In this document: positions 17,772 through 27,762 of the stretch, in pieces
Numbering within the stretch: the stretch's first letter is position 1
Layout: every line of letters starts with the position of its first letter
IMG/VR virus record: IMGVR_UViG_3300035678_000001
Reading direction: 5' to 3' (one strand)
Source of the DNA: a virus
Lineage: Duplodnaviria; Heunggongvirae; Uroviricota; Caudoviricetes
DNA: 64,000 nucleotides
Made by a program: the position numbers and the translations under genes
Notes under the pieces: model-generated
The model's database searches: none
What the model saw: the letters and a program-made list of their open reading frames with translations, nothing else
What the model was told of the DNA's origin: nothing

Positions 17772-20389
17772 TCGCAGCCCTCCCACTCACCGCAGCCACC
17801 AAGGCGCATGTCGCAGTGGGCGCAGCCCGACTCCACGATGACCGAGGCCAGGTTGCATCGGGGGCACGTCCGCTCGGGGTCAGCGCCCGGCAGGGTGGCT
17901 CCCTGGGTGATGGTGACCGTCTCGGTCAGGGTGACCGTCTCCGGGGCCGTGGCGCCCTGGTAGCGCCGCTTGAGCAACTTCGCGATGCCGTCCGCGACGG
18001 AGCGGACGCGGTGCGGGCCGAAGCCGGTGACGGTCTGCCCACCGATGCCGTCCAACTGCTCGATGACCTCGGCCACGTCCACCCCGGCGCGCAGAGCCAG
18101 CGAGATGGACCGACCCAGCGCCTCCACGTCGGCGTTCTTGTCGTTGCCCGCCTTGCCCAACTGGATGCGCAGGTCGAACGGGCGACCGGGGTGCTCGTCC
18201 AACTCGGTGACGGTGACCTGCACCTTGCCGAACGGCGTGTTGACCGGGAAGACCTTGGCCGTCAGGCCGGTGTCGCTGGCGTACTGCGGGATGGACATGG
18301 GCCGGATGACCGGCCAGACCTCCTCGGTGATCTGCACCGGGGCGTCGTCCTCGATCTCCTTCTTGCCGGTGGAGAGCACCTCGTACTCGCGGCTGCCCTG
18401 CCGGTAGATCGTGATGCCCTTGCAGCCCAGGTCGTAGGCGAGCCGGTAGGCCGCGCTCACGTCCTCGACGGTCGCCTCGTTCGGCATGTTGATCGTCTTG
18501 GAGATGCTGTTGTCCACGAACCGCTGCAAGACGGCCTGGGTGCGGACGTGCTCCTCCCAGGTCACGTCCCCGGCGACCACGAAGACGCGCTGGATCTCCT
18601 CGGGCACCTCGTGGATGCCCTGGCACGAGCCCTTGTTGTCCTGCACCAGCGCGACGATGGCCTCGATCTGCTCGTCGTTCTTGCCCGCTCGCCGGAGCGC
18701 CTCTGCGAACAGCGGCGAGGCGTAGGGCAGGACGACGTTGCCCCCGGCCTCGACCACCTGCCGGAAGTAGACCAGGGCGAACAGCGGCTCGCAGCCGGAG
18801 CCCTCCAAGGCCGCGACGTTGCTGATGGTGCCGGTCGGCGCGAAGGTGAACTGGCACGAGTTGCGGATGCCGTGGGCCATGATGCCGTCCTGCACGACCT
18901 GCCAGTTGACCGCCGGGCGTCCCCAGTCCTGGGGGCCATCGACCAGCGGGACCGGAGCGGTCCACCGCTCGTGGACGAGCCCGTCCAGACCGATCAGCGG
19001 CTCGTTGTCGTGGAAGTCGTAGATGGAGCCCTTGAACCACTCGAAGGTGCCCCGCTGCTCGGCCCGGTCGATGCTGGCGAGCATGGTGTGGAAGCGAGCG
19101 AACTCGGTGACCTTGCTGGCGAACAGCAGCCCCTCCTCGCTGCCGTAGCGGATGCCCAACTTGAGCATCGCGTCAGCGAGCCCCATGCCGCCGAGGCCGA
19201 TGCGACGGCCACCCTGGGCAGCGATCTCCAACTCGGGGACGGCAGGGACGTACTGGTTGGCGTCCACCACGTCATCGAGGAACTGGGTGGAGAGCGTCAC
19301 CACGTCAGCGAAGCGGTCCCAGTCGAAGCCGCCGTCCCAGTCCGCGAAGTTGGCGAGGTTGATCGAGCCGAGGCAGCAGTTCTCGTACGGGCCGAGCCAC
19401 TGCTCGCCGCACGGGTTGGTCGCCTTGAGCACGTACTGCTGCGGGCACGGGTTGGTGCGGTTGGCGGCGTCGATGAACAGGTTGCCGGGGTCACCGATCA
19501 CCCAGGCGTTCTGCGCGATCTTGTCCCACAGGTCGCGAGCCCGGATGGTGCGGGTGACGCGGTAGTCCACCGGGTCGTCGGTGGGGCCGGTCGGATACCA
19601 GCGCAGGTCGAAGTCGGCGTCCTTGGACACGGCGTCCATGAACTCGTCGGTGAGGGCGATGGAGATGTTGAAGTTGGCGATCTCGCCCTCGATGGTCTTG
19701 CTCTCGATGAACGCCTCGATGTCGGGGTGCCAGACCGGCAGCACGCCCATGTTGGCGCCTCGGCGGGAGCCGCCCTGGGCGATGACCCCGAAGGCGGCGT
19801 CGTACGCCTTGAGGAAGCCGATGGGGCCGCTGGCCTGGCCCATCGAGCGGTTGACGATGCTCTTGGACGGGCGCAGGTCACCGAAGGAGAAGCCGTTGCC
19901 GCCGCCCGTCTGCTGGATGAGCGCGGCGACCTTCATCGTCTCGAAGATCGAGCCACGGCCCGTCGCCAGGTCGTCGTCAATCGGCAGCACGAAGCAGGCA
20001 GCCAACTGGCCGAGCGGAGTGCCCGCGCCGGTCCACGTCGGGCTGTTCGGCAGGAAGTCCCAGGACGCGATGAGGTCGTAGTAGCGGTCAGCCTGCTTGG
20101 TCGCCGCCGACACGTCGAGCACGTCGTGGAACTCGATGTCCGAGCCGCCCTTGCGCGACAGGTAGAAGTGCTGACGCATCGCGGTCTTCCACGGGAACTC
20201 CTCGCTGGTGCTGATGGCCGTCCCGGTCCGCTCGTCGCCGTACAGCGCGTTGACCGAGGCGACGTTCCACGCCACCCGCGACACGACCTGCTCGGGAGCC
20301 TCGGAGGGCTTGCCGTCCGAGTCCTTGCGCGGGTAGCGCATGTCGAAGATCTTGCGGCTGTTGTCGGTGAAGACGGGGGTCTGCTTCAT
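17768..20389 (-). CDS. nrdJ: Class II (adenosylcobalamin-dependent) ribonucleotide reductase
   Basis: 873 aa, single chain, with a C-terminal zinc ribbon CPRCN...CAHCD. Conserved active-site region [21 protein letters not shown]. No intein was seen. Confidence 0.85.
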   Translation of the reverse strand: MKQTPVFTDNSRKIFDMRYPRKDSDGKPSEAPEQVVSRVAWNVASVNALYGDERTGTAISTSEEFPWKTAMRQHFYLSRKGGSDIEFHDVLDVSAATKQADRYYDLIASWDFLPNSPTWTGAGTPLGQLAACFVLPIDDDLATGRGSIFETMKVAALIQQTGGGNGFSFGDLRPSKSIVNRSMGQASGPIGFLKAYDAAFGVIAQGGSRRGANMGVLPVWHPDIEAFIESKTIEGEIANFNISIALTDEFMDAVSKDADFDLRWYPTGPTDDPVDYRVTRTIRARDLWDKIAQNAWVIGDPGNLFIDAANRTNPCPQQYVLKATNPCGEQWLGPYENCCLGSINLANFADWDGGFDWDRFADVVTLSTQFLDDVVDANQYVPAVPELEIAAQGGRRIGLGGMGLADAMLKLGIRYGSEEGLLFASKVTEFARFHTMLASIDRAEQRGTFEWFKGSIYDFHDNEPLIGLDGLVHERWTAPVPLVDGPQDWGRPAVNWQVVQDGIMAHGIRNSCQFTFAPTGTISNVAALEGSGCEPLFALVYFRQVVEAGGNVVLPYASPLFAEALRRAGKNDEQIEAIVALVQDNKGSCQGIHEVPEEIQRVFVVAGDVTWEEHVRTQAVLQRFVDNSISKTINMPNEATVEDVSAAYRLAYDLGCKGITIYRQGSREYEVLSTGKKEIEDDAPVQITEEVWPVIRPMSIPQYASDTGLTAKVFPVNTPFGKVQVTVTELDEHPGRPFDLRIQLGKAGNDKNADVEALGRSISLALRAGVDVAEVIEQLDGIGGQTVTGFGPHRVRSVADGIAKLLKRRYQGATAPETVTLTETVTITQGATLPGADPERTCPRCNLASVIVESGCAHCDMRLGGCGEWEGCE

Positions 20390-21693
20390 GAGGCGAGGTC
20401 CAGTTCAGAGAGGGTGGTGATCTGACCGTCAGCGATGTCCCAGTAGATGAGCCACGCCTTCGTTTCTTCACGGCGAGCCGCAAGGATCTGCAACTGCGCC
20501 TGGTTCTGGTGTCGCTGCTCGGAGGACTGGTAGAGCCCGAGCACCCAGTCAGCGGTGCGCTCGACCTCGGAGCCCTCGGCCATGTGGTACATCTCCAAGC
20601 GCCCGGCCTTCTCGGCAGCCTTGACGCCCTCGCGGTTGATCTGGTGGGCCAGCAGGCACGACATGTGCTGGCGACCCGTGGAGATCATCGTCTTGAGGTC
20701 GTGGCTCATCTGGCGCATCTGCTCGGGACGGCTGGCCCGCTCGTCGGCGGGCTCCACGAAGGTCAACTGGTCGATGAGCAGCGACTCGGCACCGAGCATC
20801 TGGGCCTGCCGCACCAGGGCGGGCATCGTGCGACGGCCCGGCTCGGGCTTGAGCACGTGCAACTTGCCCTTCATCTGCGGGATGCGCTCGTTGATGAACT
20901 CCTTGACCCGGAAGACCTCGGACTCGGTGCAGAGGCCGCGCTGGTAGCGACGGGCGTTGACCTGCACGGCCAGGCAGGCGATGCGGTCCATCGTCATCTC
21001 GACGCTGTTCTCCAAGGTGAACAACACGGCCTCACGGTCGCGGTCCCACTCACGCAGGGCGCACAGGTCGAGCAGGTAGGACTTGCCGGTCTTCGGGCCA
21101 GCAGCGACGACACACAACTCGCCGGGGTGGACGCCGTACATGTGCTGGTCCACCGGCTCGAAGCCGATGCCGAAGGTCAGCCCCTGGGTGACGTGGCCGG
21201 TGGCTGCACGGATCTCGTAGCGCGAGAGCGACTCCACGATGCCCTGGGCGCCCGTCGTACGGGACGCCGTGCTCTGCATGTCCAGCGAGAGCGAGAACAG
21301 CGTGTCGGCGGTCTTGGCGAGCGTCTCGACCCGGCTGGCGGGGTCGGCCTTCGCCATGTCGGCAGCGGCTTCGCGCTGGAAGGTGTTGTAGCGCAGGTGG
21401 ATGTAGGTGCTCTTGAGCGAGTCGATGGCGTACTCGATGGAGTCCGTCTCGGTGCCGTCACCGAGGCTGACCTCGGCGTCCTCGATCACGTCCTTCCACA
21501 TGTCCATGATCGCGTCCTGGCTCGGAGCCAGCAGCCGACCCGACTTGAAGAAGTAATCGACGCACCAGGCCACGACCGGGCGCATCTCCTCGGTCGGGAT
21601 GCACCGCTCGTCCAGCCCCTCGCGAGCGAGCACCTCAAGGGCGTCTACGTCCGAGAGGTTGGCGTAGAGCACGTCCTCTGCGTGGTTGCTCAT
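20386..21693 (-). CDS. dnaB: DnaB-family replicative helicase
   Basis: Walker A AAGPKTGKSYLLDL with the DnaB C-terminal RecA-like domain. 435 aa. Confidence 0.85.
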   Translation of the reverse strand: MSNHAEDVLYANLSDVDALEVLAREGLDERCIPTEEMRPVVAWCVDYFFKSGRLLAPSQDAIMDMWKDVIEDAEVSLGDGTETDSIEYAIDSLKSTYIHLRYNTFQREAAADMAKADPASRVETLAKTADTLFSLSLDMQSTASRTTGAQGIVESLSRYEIRAATGHVTQGLTFGIGFEPVDQHMYGVHPGELCVVAAGPKTGKSYLLDLCALREWDRDREAVLFTLENSVEMTMDRIACLAVQVNARRYQRGLCTESEVFRVKEFINERIPQMKGKLHVLKPEPGRRTMPALVRQAQMLGAESLLIDQLTFVEPADERASRPEQMRQMSHDLKTMISTGRQHMSCLLAHQINREGVKAAEKAGRLEMYHMAEGSEVERTADWVLGLYQSSEQRHQNQAQLQILAARREETKAWLIYWDIADGQITTLSELDLAS

Positions 21694-22517
21694 CCGATCA
21701 CCAGCGGGCGCGTGAGGCCGTCACGGACCTCCTGCGCCTGCTCGGTGCGGGCGGTGGGGCGGTAGTCCAGCCCGGTGACCTCGTGGTCGTAGCAGACGCC
21801 GGACAGCAGCGACATGACGTTGGAGGAGTAGCCGCTGCGCAGGTCGTCCAGCGAGAGGTTGGTGGTGATGATCGTCGGACGGGCGTCGTCGTGACGGGCA
21901 CGGATCACGGTGTCGAACATCGACTCGGCCACTTCGAGCCGACCCTTGTGCTCGCGGCCCACGTCGTCCACCACGAGCACTCCGGCGTTGCGCACCCGGC
22001 GGTTGAACCAGCGGCGCTCCTCCTCGTTGCGCCAGCCACCAGTGAAGGCGTCGAGCATCTCGTTGAACTGGACGAAGTAGCCGTCGTAGCCGGACGCCAG
22101 CAGGTTCTTGAGCAGCAGGCTGGCGAGCAGCGTCTTGCCGGTGCCCATCGCCTTGCCGTGCAGGATCAGACCCTGGCCGATCTGGACCAGCGCGTCGGCC
22201 TCGGCGCCGTACTCGATGACCGCCTTCTTGGCCGGGGCGGCGACGGACAGCGTGTCGTCCCACGACAGCCGCTGGTAGCGCAGACCGATGCCGCTGTTGA
22301 GGAAGAAGCGGTGCAGAGCCCACTGGGCTCGGCAGTTGCACTCCCAGTCGGCGGGCTGGCCGTCGCTGTCCCTCCACCGGAAGGAGCCGACGCCCTTGCA
22401 GGTCGGGCAGTGCTTGGGGCTGATCGGGAGGTCGGGGTAGATGGCCCGCAGCCGGGCTACCTCGTCATCCCGCAACGACCGGATGGTGAGGGGGTTGTCC
22501 TGTACGAGCAACGGCAT
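21690..22517 (-). CDS. DnaC/IstB-like AAA+ helicase loader
   Basis: Walker A GKAMGTGKTLLA and Walker B VLVVDDVG, with an N-terminal Cys4 segment (CPTCKG...CNC). 275 aa. Confidence 0.75.
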   Translation of the reverse strand: MPLLVQDNPLTIRSLRDDEVARLRAIYPDLPISPKHCPTCKGVGSFRWRDSDGQPADWECNCRAQWALHRFFLNSGIGLRYQRLSWDDTLSVAAPAKKAVIEYGAEADALVQIGQGLILHGKAMGTGKTLLASLLLKNLLASGYDGYFVQFNEMLDAFTGGWRNEEERRWFNRRVRNAGVLVVDDVGREHKGRLEVAESMFDTVIRARHDDARPTIITTNLSLDDLRSGYSSNVMSLLSGVCYDHEVTGLDYRPTARTEQAQEVRDGLTRPLVIG

Positions 22518-22577
22518 GGTGATCCCCGGATCGACTAGGTGCAGCCCGCTGGCGGACGGACTACGCGGTGGATGGCG

Positions 22578-22982
22578 CTAGGACAGGCGCTGGCTGATCG
22601 GGACCGCGAAGTAGGCGTCGGACGCCTTGCAGAAGCGGTTCACCGAGATGGGCGCGTTGTGCCACATGCCGTCCGAGAACTCGAAGGCGAAGCGGGCGAT
22701 GGCCGGAGCCTGCGAGCCCCAGCGGCTGATGAACGCCTTGAAGATCGACGCCTCGGTCTTGTAGTTGCGGGGAAACGCGCCGTGACGCTTCTCGATGCTG
22801 CTGACCACGTAGTCGCGCAACTCCTCCCAGCCCCACTCCGACTCCCCCTTGAGCACGTGCGTGCTCTTGGCGCTCGGCGCCAGCGTGGTGGTGAGCGTCT
22901 CGGTGACGGTCGGCACGACCTCCTTGGTGACGACCACACGGGTCGAGCCGGACAGGTCGGTGTCGAAGTCGATCAGGGTCAT
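22578..22982 (-). CDS. Hypothetical protein, 134 aa
   Basis: Track ORF with a protein-like sequence and no recognised family. Confidence 0.5.
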   Translation of the reverse strand: MTLIDFDTDLSGSTRVVVTKEVVPTVTETLTTTLAPSAKSTHVLKGESEWGWEELRDYVVSSIEKRHGAFPRNYKTEASIFKAFISRWGSQAPAIARFAFEFSDGMWHNAPISVNRFCKASDAYFAVPISQRLS

Positions 22983-23413
22983 GACGCTTGCTCCTCGGAT
23001 GGCGTGCTGGTGGCGGGACTGATGGATGCGGCAACGGCGGCATCGGGGTCGTCAGACCCCTTGCCGCCGAGGTACGTGCGCTCGCAGAAAGACCAGAAGC
23101 CCCGACCCACGTTCTCGATGGCGACCCGCACTGCGGGCACCTCGTCTTCGAGAGTGGAGTCGGGGCTCAACGTGATGATGTCGGCGCTGCTCTTGTGGAC
23201 GAGCAGGGTGTTGATAGAAGGATCTGACCCGATGCCTTCCCACGTGGTGGTGGCGACGAGCCAGTGGTAGTCGTCCTGGCCGCAGACGTAGCCGACGATC
23301 TCGTGGTCGGGCGCCAGGAACTTGAACGTGACCTTCCTGCCGTGGACCGCTGCGTAAGCGATCTGCTTGGACGACATGGCGCTGCCCGCTCGGGCTTGCG
23401 CTGCTCGTCCCAC
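22979..23413 (-). CDS. Hypothetical protein, 132-144 aa
   Basis: Track ORF. The start may be the internal MSSKQIAY at 23377. First gene downstream of the 300-bp noncoding hub. Confidence 0.5.
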   Translation of the reverse strand: MGRAAQARAGSAMSSKQIAYAAVHGRKVTFKFLAPDHEIVGYVCGQDDYHWLVATTTWEGIGSDPSINTLLVHKSSADIITLSPDSTLEDEVPAVRVAIENVGRGFWSFCERTYLGGKGSDDPDAAVAASISPATSTPSEEQAS

Positions 23414-23718
23414 GGATTGGTCCTGTTCTGCTCAAGACCTCGAACGCCAGGAGGGCGCCCCACCCGCCCTCATGCCAGGAGCGAGGACGGGTGGGGCAAC
23501 GTCGCGGGTTAGGGCGGCGCACCTCGCTGGCGGACGAGGTAGATCGGAGGTTTAGATCACCGCACCATGTGGTGCGGATCACTTGGGACGCTGACCGTAG
23601 ACCTCTTGTTAGGGGTCGCGCAACTATCCGTTAGGACGGTTGCAGGGTCATGTCGCGCAAGATAGGTCGGCGTGTGTGGACAACCTGTGGACTACCAATC
23701 TTCTTTGGTAACAGCCCT
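23414..23718. promoter_or_regulatory. Large noncoding hub upstream of the replication module. Contains an imperfect 14-bp-stem hairpin (23458..23496) and an operator-like 8-bp inverted repeat flanked by GATCA direct repeats (23555..23582).
   Basis: No credible ORF on either strand. Hairpin CCCCACCCGCCCTC-loop(11 nt)-GAGGACGGGTGGGG has one mismatch. Inverted repeat CCGCACCA-TG-TGGTGCGG. Confidence 0.5.
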
Positions 23719-24312
23719 CTACCTGTACGCATCGGCTCGTGTCAAGCCGACACGCGGCCCACAGTTGGGCCATGCGTGTACGCCCTCCGTCCGCAACGTC
23801 TCCTTCGCAACGACGATCTGCTGCCAAGGTGTTGCGTCGTAGGCGTGGTAAGCGAACCGCCCGCCGCCGTGCGCGAGCCATGTCGAGTGGACGAAGTTCG
23901 GTCCACCCTCGAAGTCGTATCCCCGGTCCTTGTAGTGACCGGGCTTGCCGTAGTCCCAGTGCCCCGATGCCTCGCAGTTGACCAAGGCGATCCAGACGGG
24001 GGCGATGCCACCCGTGGAGGGGGTGGCGGCACGTGTCTGGACCGCTGGACGAACGTGATGCTTCGGGTAGAGCGGGGCCGACCGTACACCAGCCCGTGAG
24101 GGCTTCGTCACAGGGGGTGCAACGACACGCCGACGACTCGCCCGAAGCAGCGCAAGTTCACGGTCTGGGCTCTCGACAGCAGAGAGCCCGCTGGCCGTGA
24201 TGGTCGCAGCGGGCTCTGTGCGGGTCGGAGCGGGGTTGGAATGGCTCATGGCGTACGCGGAGCCGGTCAGAGCGATGACGGCGGCTCCTGCGGCCAGCAG
24301 GCGGTGCTTCAC
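23719..24312 (-). CDS. Secreted Rpf-like (resuscitation-promoting-factor) transglycosylase domain protein, 197 aa
   Basis: GTG at 24312 with a GGGAG RBS. Signal peptide VKHRLLAAGAAVIALTGSAYA. C-terminal WIALVNCEASGHWDYG...GYDFEGG...STW...GG...QQIVVAKETL...AWPNCGP matches the Rpf / transglycosylase-like domain consensus. Confidence 0.65.
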   Translation of the reverse strand: MKHRLLAAGAAVIALTGSAYAMSHSNPAPTRTEPAATITASGLSAVESPDRELALLRASRRRVVAPPVTKPSRAGVRSAPLYPKHHVRPAVQTRAATPSTGGIAPVWIALVNCEASGHWDYGKPGHYKDRGYDFEGGPNFVHSTWLAHGGGRFAYHAYDATPWQQIVVAKETLRTEGVHAWPNCGPRVGLTRADAYR

Positions 24313-24332
24313 AGGTGACTCCCAACTGGGAG

Positions 24333-24581
24333 TCAGGCGGTGACTCCCTCGGGGGCGGGGATGGGCTGTGCGTCCGGCTCGGGCGCCCCGCCTCGCGGGT
24401 GCCGCCGACGCAGCGGACGCATTGTTGCACCCTCGGGCACCACGATGCAGTCGCGACACAGGTCTTCGTCGTACTCACCGCTTACGACCGGGCCGTCCAC
24501 ACGGGTGATCCGCGTGGTCACGTCGGCCTTGTCTACGACCTTGCCGCACTTGTCACATCGGTAGCCACGGAACGTGCTCAT
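24333..24581 (-). CDS. Small zinc-ribbon protein (82 aa)
   Basis: CDKCGK...CRDC. The ATG at 24581 forms an ATGA overlap with the 5'-3' exonuclease gene stop (confirmed). Confidence 0.45.
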   Translation of the reverse strand: MSTFRGYRCDKCGKVVDKADVTTRITRVDGPVVSGEYDEDLCRDCIVVPEGATMRPLRRRHPRGGAPEPDAQPIPAPEGVTA

Positions 24582-25462
24582 GGTTGTCCCCACAGGGTCT
24601 GCTCGGAAAGCCGGTCCTTGACCGACCTCAACTGATACCGACCGAGGAAGTCGAGCAGCGGTGCGTAGAGCACGCTGCTCGGGTCGGTGGGTTGGAACGG
24701 CGGGAGCGGCGTCAGTTCAAGGCGCTGCTCCGTGTCTCGAAGGTTGACCAGGCGCAGCGCCATCCCTACCTGCGCCCGGTGCTCGTACACCCGCTCGTCG
24801 TTCACGATGCGGTCCCACTGGCACTTGTTGTCCAGCACGATCTTGGCTGCCCGCTTGGGGCCGATGCCGGGGATACCCGGCACCCCGTCTCCGGCGTCAC
24901 CCATCAACGCCATGACCATCGCCTCGTTCGCCGGTTGGTAGCCGCGCTCGGCCACGAACCGCTCGTGTGTCCAGCGGTCGGTGTCAGCACCACCACTGGA
25001 TACCCGGACGATCTCGACCTGCCCCTGCACGAGCAGTTGGAGGAAGTCCTTGTCGTTCGACAAGATCACCAACTTGTCGTCCAGCGGGCGATGGTTGCGC
25101 CAGTACCAGGCGATCAGGTCGTCAGCCTCGACGCCGGGCCGCTCGATCTGCCGGATGTTCGACAGCGCGAGGAACTCCTTGGTCAGCGCGAAGGCGCCGT
25201 CCTCGAAGTCGGAGGTGGCCTGCACCCGGTGCGCCTTGTAGCCGTCGTGCAGGGCCACCCGGAACGTCGAGCGTCCGCCGTCCCAGCAGACGACCACCTT
25301 GTCCGGCTGCTCCTCCTTGATGTGCCGAGACAGGCAGTTGATGAACACGAGGAGCGGCCCGGTCGCAACACCGTCCGCAGACAGCGCCGGTTGGCCGGGC
25401 CGCTCCATCGCTCGGACAGCGCGCATCAGGAGGTTGTTGCCGTCCACGATGAGCGCCGTCAT
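24578..25462 (-). CDS. 5'-3' exonuclease / flap endonuclease (Pol I N-terminal domain-like), 294 aa
   Basis: MTALIVDGNNLLMRA...VVCWDGGRSTFR...YKAHR has the pattern of the FEN/5'-3' exonuclease family. Internal ATG at 25462. The N-terminal 49 aa of the track ORF are rejected. Confidence 0.75.
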   Translation of the reverse strand: MTALIVDGNNLLMRAVRAMERPGQPALSADGVATGPLLVFINCLSRHIKEEQPDKVVVCWDGGRSTFRVALHDGYKAHRVQATSDFEDGAFALTKEFLALSNIRQIERPGVEADDLIAWYWRNHRPLDDKLVILSNDKDFLQLLVQGQVEIVRVSSGGADTDRWTHERFVAERGYQPANEAMVMALMGDAGDGVPGIPGIGPKRAAKIVLDNKCQWDRIVNDERVYEHRAQVGMALRLVNLRDTEQRLELTPLPPFQPTDPSSVLYAPLLDFLGRYQLRSVKDRLSEQTLWGQP

Positions 25463-25464
25463 GA

Positions 25465-25854
25465 CTACTTGGTCTTCTTCTCGGCCCGGCGAGCCGGGCG
25501 CTTCCTGGCGGGCTTGGCGTTCGCCCGCTGCGAGGCGGCGTACTGCTCGCGCACCTCGTTGGGGATCCGACCAGTCGTCGTCAGGACGATGCCCTGCTCC
25601 GCAGCCCAAGCCCGGATCCGCTGCGTCTCCTCGGTACGCGCCTTCCTTTCGGCGCCGTTGCCGCCACTGCGCTGCCCTCGGACCCGGCTGACGCTGATGT
25701 ACGGCGCGAGAGCCTCGTGGAACTCCTTGGCCTCGACCTCGGCCACGTCGATCTCGTAGCGCATCCCGTTGACGGCGTACTGGATCGTCTGGGTTGCCTC
25801 CTCACCAGAGATGTCCGACGTGAACCGCTCGGTGACGATCTTCTCCTTCGCCAT
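25465..25854 (-). CDS. lsr2: Lsr2-like nucleoid-associated protein, 129 aa
   Basis: ATG at 25854 confirmed. C-terminal IRAWAAEQGIVLTTTGRIPNEVREQY matches the Lsr2 DNA-binding motif (RGRIP-type AT-hook-like). Basic tail. Confidence 0.7.
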   Translation of the reverse strand: MAKEKIVTERFTSDISGEEATQTIQYAVNGMRYEIDVAEVEAKEFHEALAPYISVSRVRGQRSGGNGAERKARTEETQRIRAWAAEQGIVLTTTGRIPNEVREQYAASQRANAKPARKRPARRAEKKTK

Positions 25855-25882
25855 GTGGCGATCCTGCTTTCTGTGCTGTCGG

Positions 25883-26542
25883 TCAGCCCTGTCGGACGAC
25901 AGGGCTGTTCTCTGCGAAGGCATCGAGGATCGCGTCCACGGCGATCTCGGCCAACTGTGCGGAGAACCCCTCGGGGGAGTCCTCGATCTTCTGCTCGGCG
26001 TTCTCGTACCACTGCTTGGTGATGGCCCGAGTGGCAGCGTCGATCAGGTCGCCGCGCATCGCGTCCCGCATCACGAGCAGGCTCTTGAGGTACACGGTCT
26101 TGTCCAGCGACTCCTCGTAGGCGTCGAGCAGTGTGCTCCGACCGTTGAAGGGCTGCAACGCAGTTCCGTACCGCTCGATGCCGACCTGACGGCGCTTCTC
26201 GATGTCGCGGATGACACGGCTCTGGATGTCCTCCTCGTCGCTGATGAGCGGCAGCCGCTGGTCACCAGGGCGCTGCTTGGTCGGCACGATCTCCTCGCCC
26301 TGCGCCCGGTTGACCAGAGCGGCGTGCTCGTCGCGGTTCTGGTCGTAGCAGACGCACCTGGGCGACGGCAGGTAACCCTCGTCGCCACCGCCGGGCTGGT
26401 GCTCCTGATCGAAGATGTCCACGGCCTTCTTGCACTGCTGGTGCAGACCAGACCGGCACGGGTCGCACCCGTGGTTGATCGCGGTGAAGGTCGCACCCTC
26501 GGGGGTCAGCGTCACGGTGCCACTCGTCCGTTCTTGATCCAT
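25883..26542 (-). CDS. Putative all-alpha NTP pyrophosphohydrolase (MazG-like) with an N-terminal Cys4 segment. Start uncertain (26518-26542).
   Basis: The C-terminal half (DIQSRVIRDIEKRRQVGIERYGT...LDKTVYLKSLLVMRD) is reminiscent of MazG/HisE-type domains. Weak call. Confidence 0.35.
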   Translation of the reverse strand: MDQERTSGTVTLTPEGATFTAINHGCDPCRSGLHQQCKKAVDIFDQEHQPGGGDEGYLPSPRCVCYDQNRDEHAALVNRAQGEEIVPTKQRPGDQRLPLISDEEDIQSRVIRDIEKRRQVGIERYGTALQPFNGRSTLLDAYEESLDKTVYLKSLLVMRDAMRGDLIDAATRAITKQWYENAEQKIEDSPEGFSAQLAEIAVDAILDAFAENSPVVRQG

Positions 26543-27231
26543 GCCTCGTGGGTCAGCGGGAAGTGCTCTGCGAACAGCGCCTCGACCATGCGGGCTGCCT
26601 GCTCGATCTCGTACTGCGGGTAGGACACGAAGGTGGCCGACTCGTCGTGGGTGCGCAGCGACAGGAACGCCATGACGCCCCGGATGTTGCTGGTGGCGTA
26701 CATGGTCGAGTAGATGCCGACCGGCAGCACCTCGCGGGCGACCTCCTTGGCGATGCCCTCGGCCAGGCTCTGCTCGTAGGCGGCATAGGCCATCCCGTAC
26801 TGGACGGTCATCCGAGTGCGGAGCGCGACGTACTGCTCGGGCGAACCGGGAGCCATCACAGGCCGAGCACTGGTGCCGACGTTGACCAGCGGGCGGTCGA
26901 TGGCCGGGATGTGGAAGACCGGCTCCAACTGGCTGTAGCGACCGCTCTGCTCGTTGTACGACCACGGGACGCGGTGCCGGTGCCACTCGCGGTAGACGAA
27001 GATCGGCGCCTCGACACGGAACTTCATCGTCGCGTGCTCGAAGGGCGTGCCGTGCCGGTGCTGCATGAGGTAGTTGATGAGCCCGGCGTGCTCGCTGGCC
27101 TCGGCTCCCTCGACCCAGCGGGCCTCGGCGCCCACGACGGATACGCGGGCTGCGGCCACCACAGATGCGTCGGACCCCATCTTGTCTACGAGGTCCACGG
27201 ATGGGTCTGATCGGAACGCCAGATCGGTCAT
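26512..27231 (-). CDS. thyX: FAD-dependent thymidylate synthase ThyX
   Basis: ThyX motif RHRVPWSYNEQSGRY. 239 aa. Confidence 0.85.
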   Translation of the reverse strand: MTDLAFRSDPSVDLVDKMGSDASVVAAARVSVVGAEARWVEGAEASEHAGLINYLMQHRHGTPFEHATMKFRVEAPIFVYREWHRHRVPWSYNEQSGRYSQLEPVFHIPAIDRPLVNVGTSARPVMAPGSPEQYVALRTRMTVQYGMAYAAYEQSLAEGIAKEVAREVLPVGIYSTMYATSNIRGVMAFLSLRTHDESATFVSYPQYEIEQAARMVEALFAEHFPLTHEAWIKNGRVAP

Positions 27232-27464
27232 ACGGCGACCAGCCTGCTGCGCCTTTCCAGCGCCACGAAGTCGTCGTGCATGTCGGAGATCATCTGTGCG
27301 TAGGTTCCCTTCGCGTCGTCGCCCACCGGCTCTCGGTAGGTGATCCGGTCTTCGCCGTTGGGAGCCTCGACAGTCAGGCGCAGCATCTTCTTGCCGCTGT
27401 CGTCATAGAACCGCGTGATGGCGTTGTGCTCGATGGCCCAGTTGAGTGCCTCGTCATACGTCAC
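27228..27464 (-). CDS. Hypothetical protein, 78 aa
   Basis: Track ORF coupled to thyX. Confidence 0.45.
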   Translation of the reverse strand: MTYDEALNWAIEHNAITRFYDDSGKKMLRLTVEAPNGEDRITYREPVGDDAKGTYAQMISDMHDDFVALERRSRLVAV

Positions 27465-27762
27465 GTGCGTTTCTCCGCTCCTTGATGTGGGTTCCTACCA
27501 CGAGGGCTTCGGCGTACAAGGTGGTCATCTTCATGAGAAGTTCGTGCTGTTCGATGATCTTCGCTTGGGTGTCCACACCTAGGACACGCATGGCTCGCTG
27601 CATCCCCATGTAGATGACCGAGCCCATGTCGATCCCGGCCTCGGACATCACCTGCTCGAAGGCGCCCTCTGGGTCAGCAGCGGCCTTGTGGTCGAAGTCG
27701 AGGACGATCTCGCTCATGGCCCAGAAGTCGGGGTGCTCGGGGCGCAGCGGGAAGTCAGGCAT
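27454..27762 (-). CDS. Hypothetical protein, 102 aa
   Basis: Track ORF. Confidence 0.45.
   Translation of the reverse strand: MPDFPLRPEHPDFWAMSEIVLDFDHKAAADPEGAFEQVMSEAGIDMGSVIYMGMQRAMRVLGVDTQAKIIEQHELLMKMTTLYAEALVVGTHIKERRNARDV

Noticed and set aside
10086-20389. Inteins or programmed frameshifts in DnaE, NrdJ or the Cas4-like gene.
   Set aside because: Protein lengths and motif continuity are normal apart from the DnaE N-terminal extension. No Hint/LAGLIDADG blocks were seen. The odd Cas4-like C-terminus still ends with a Cys cluster consistent with an Fe-S site.
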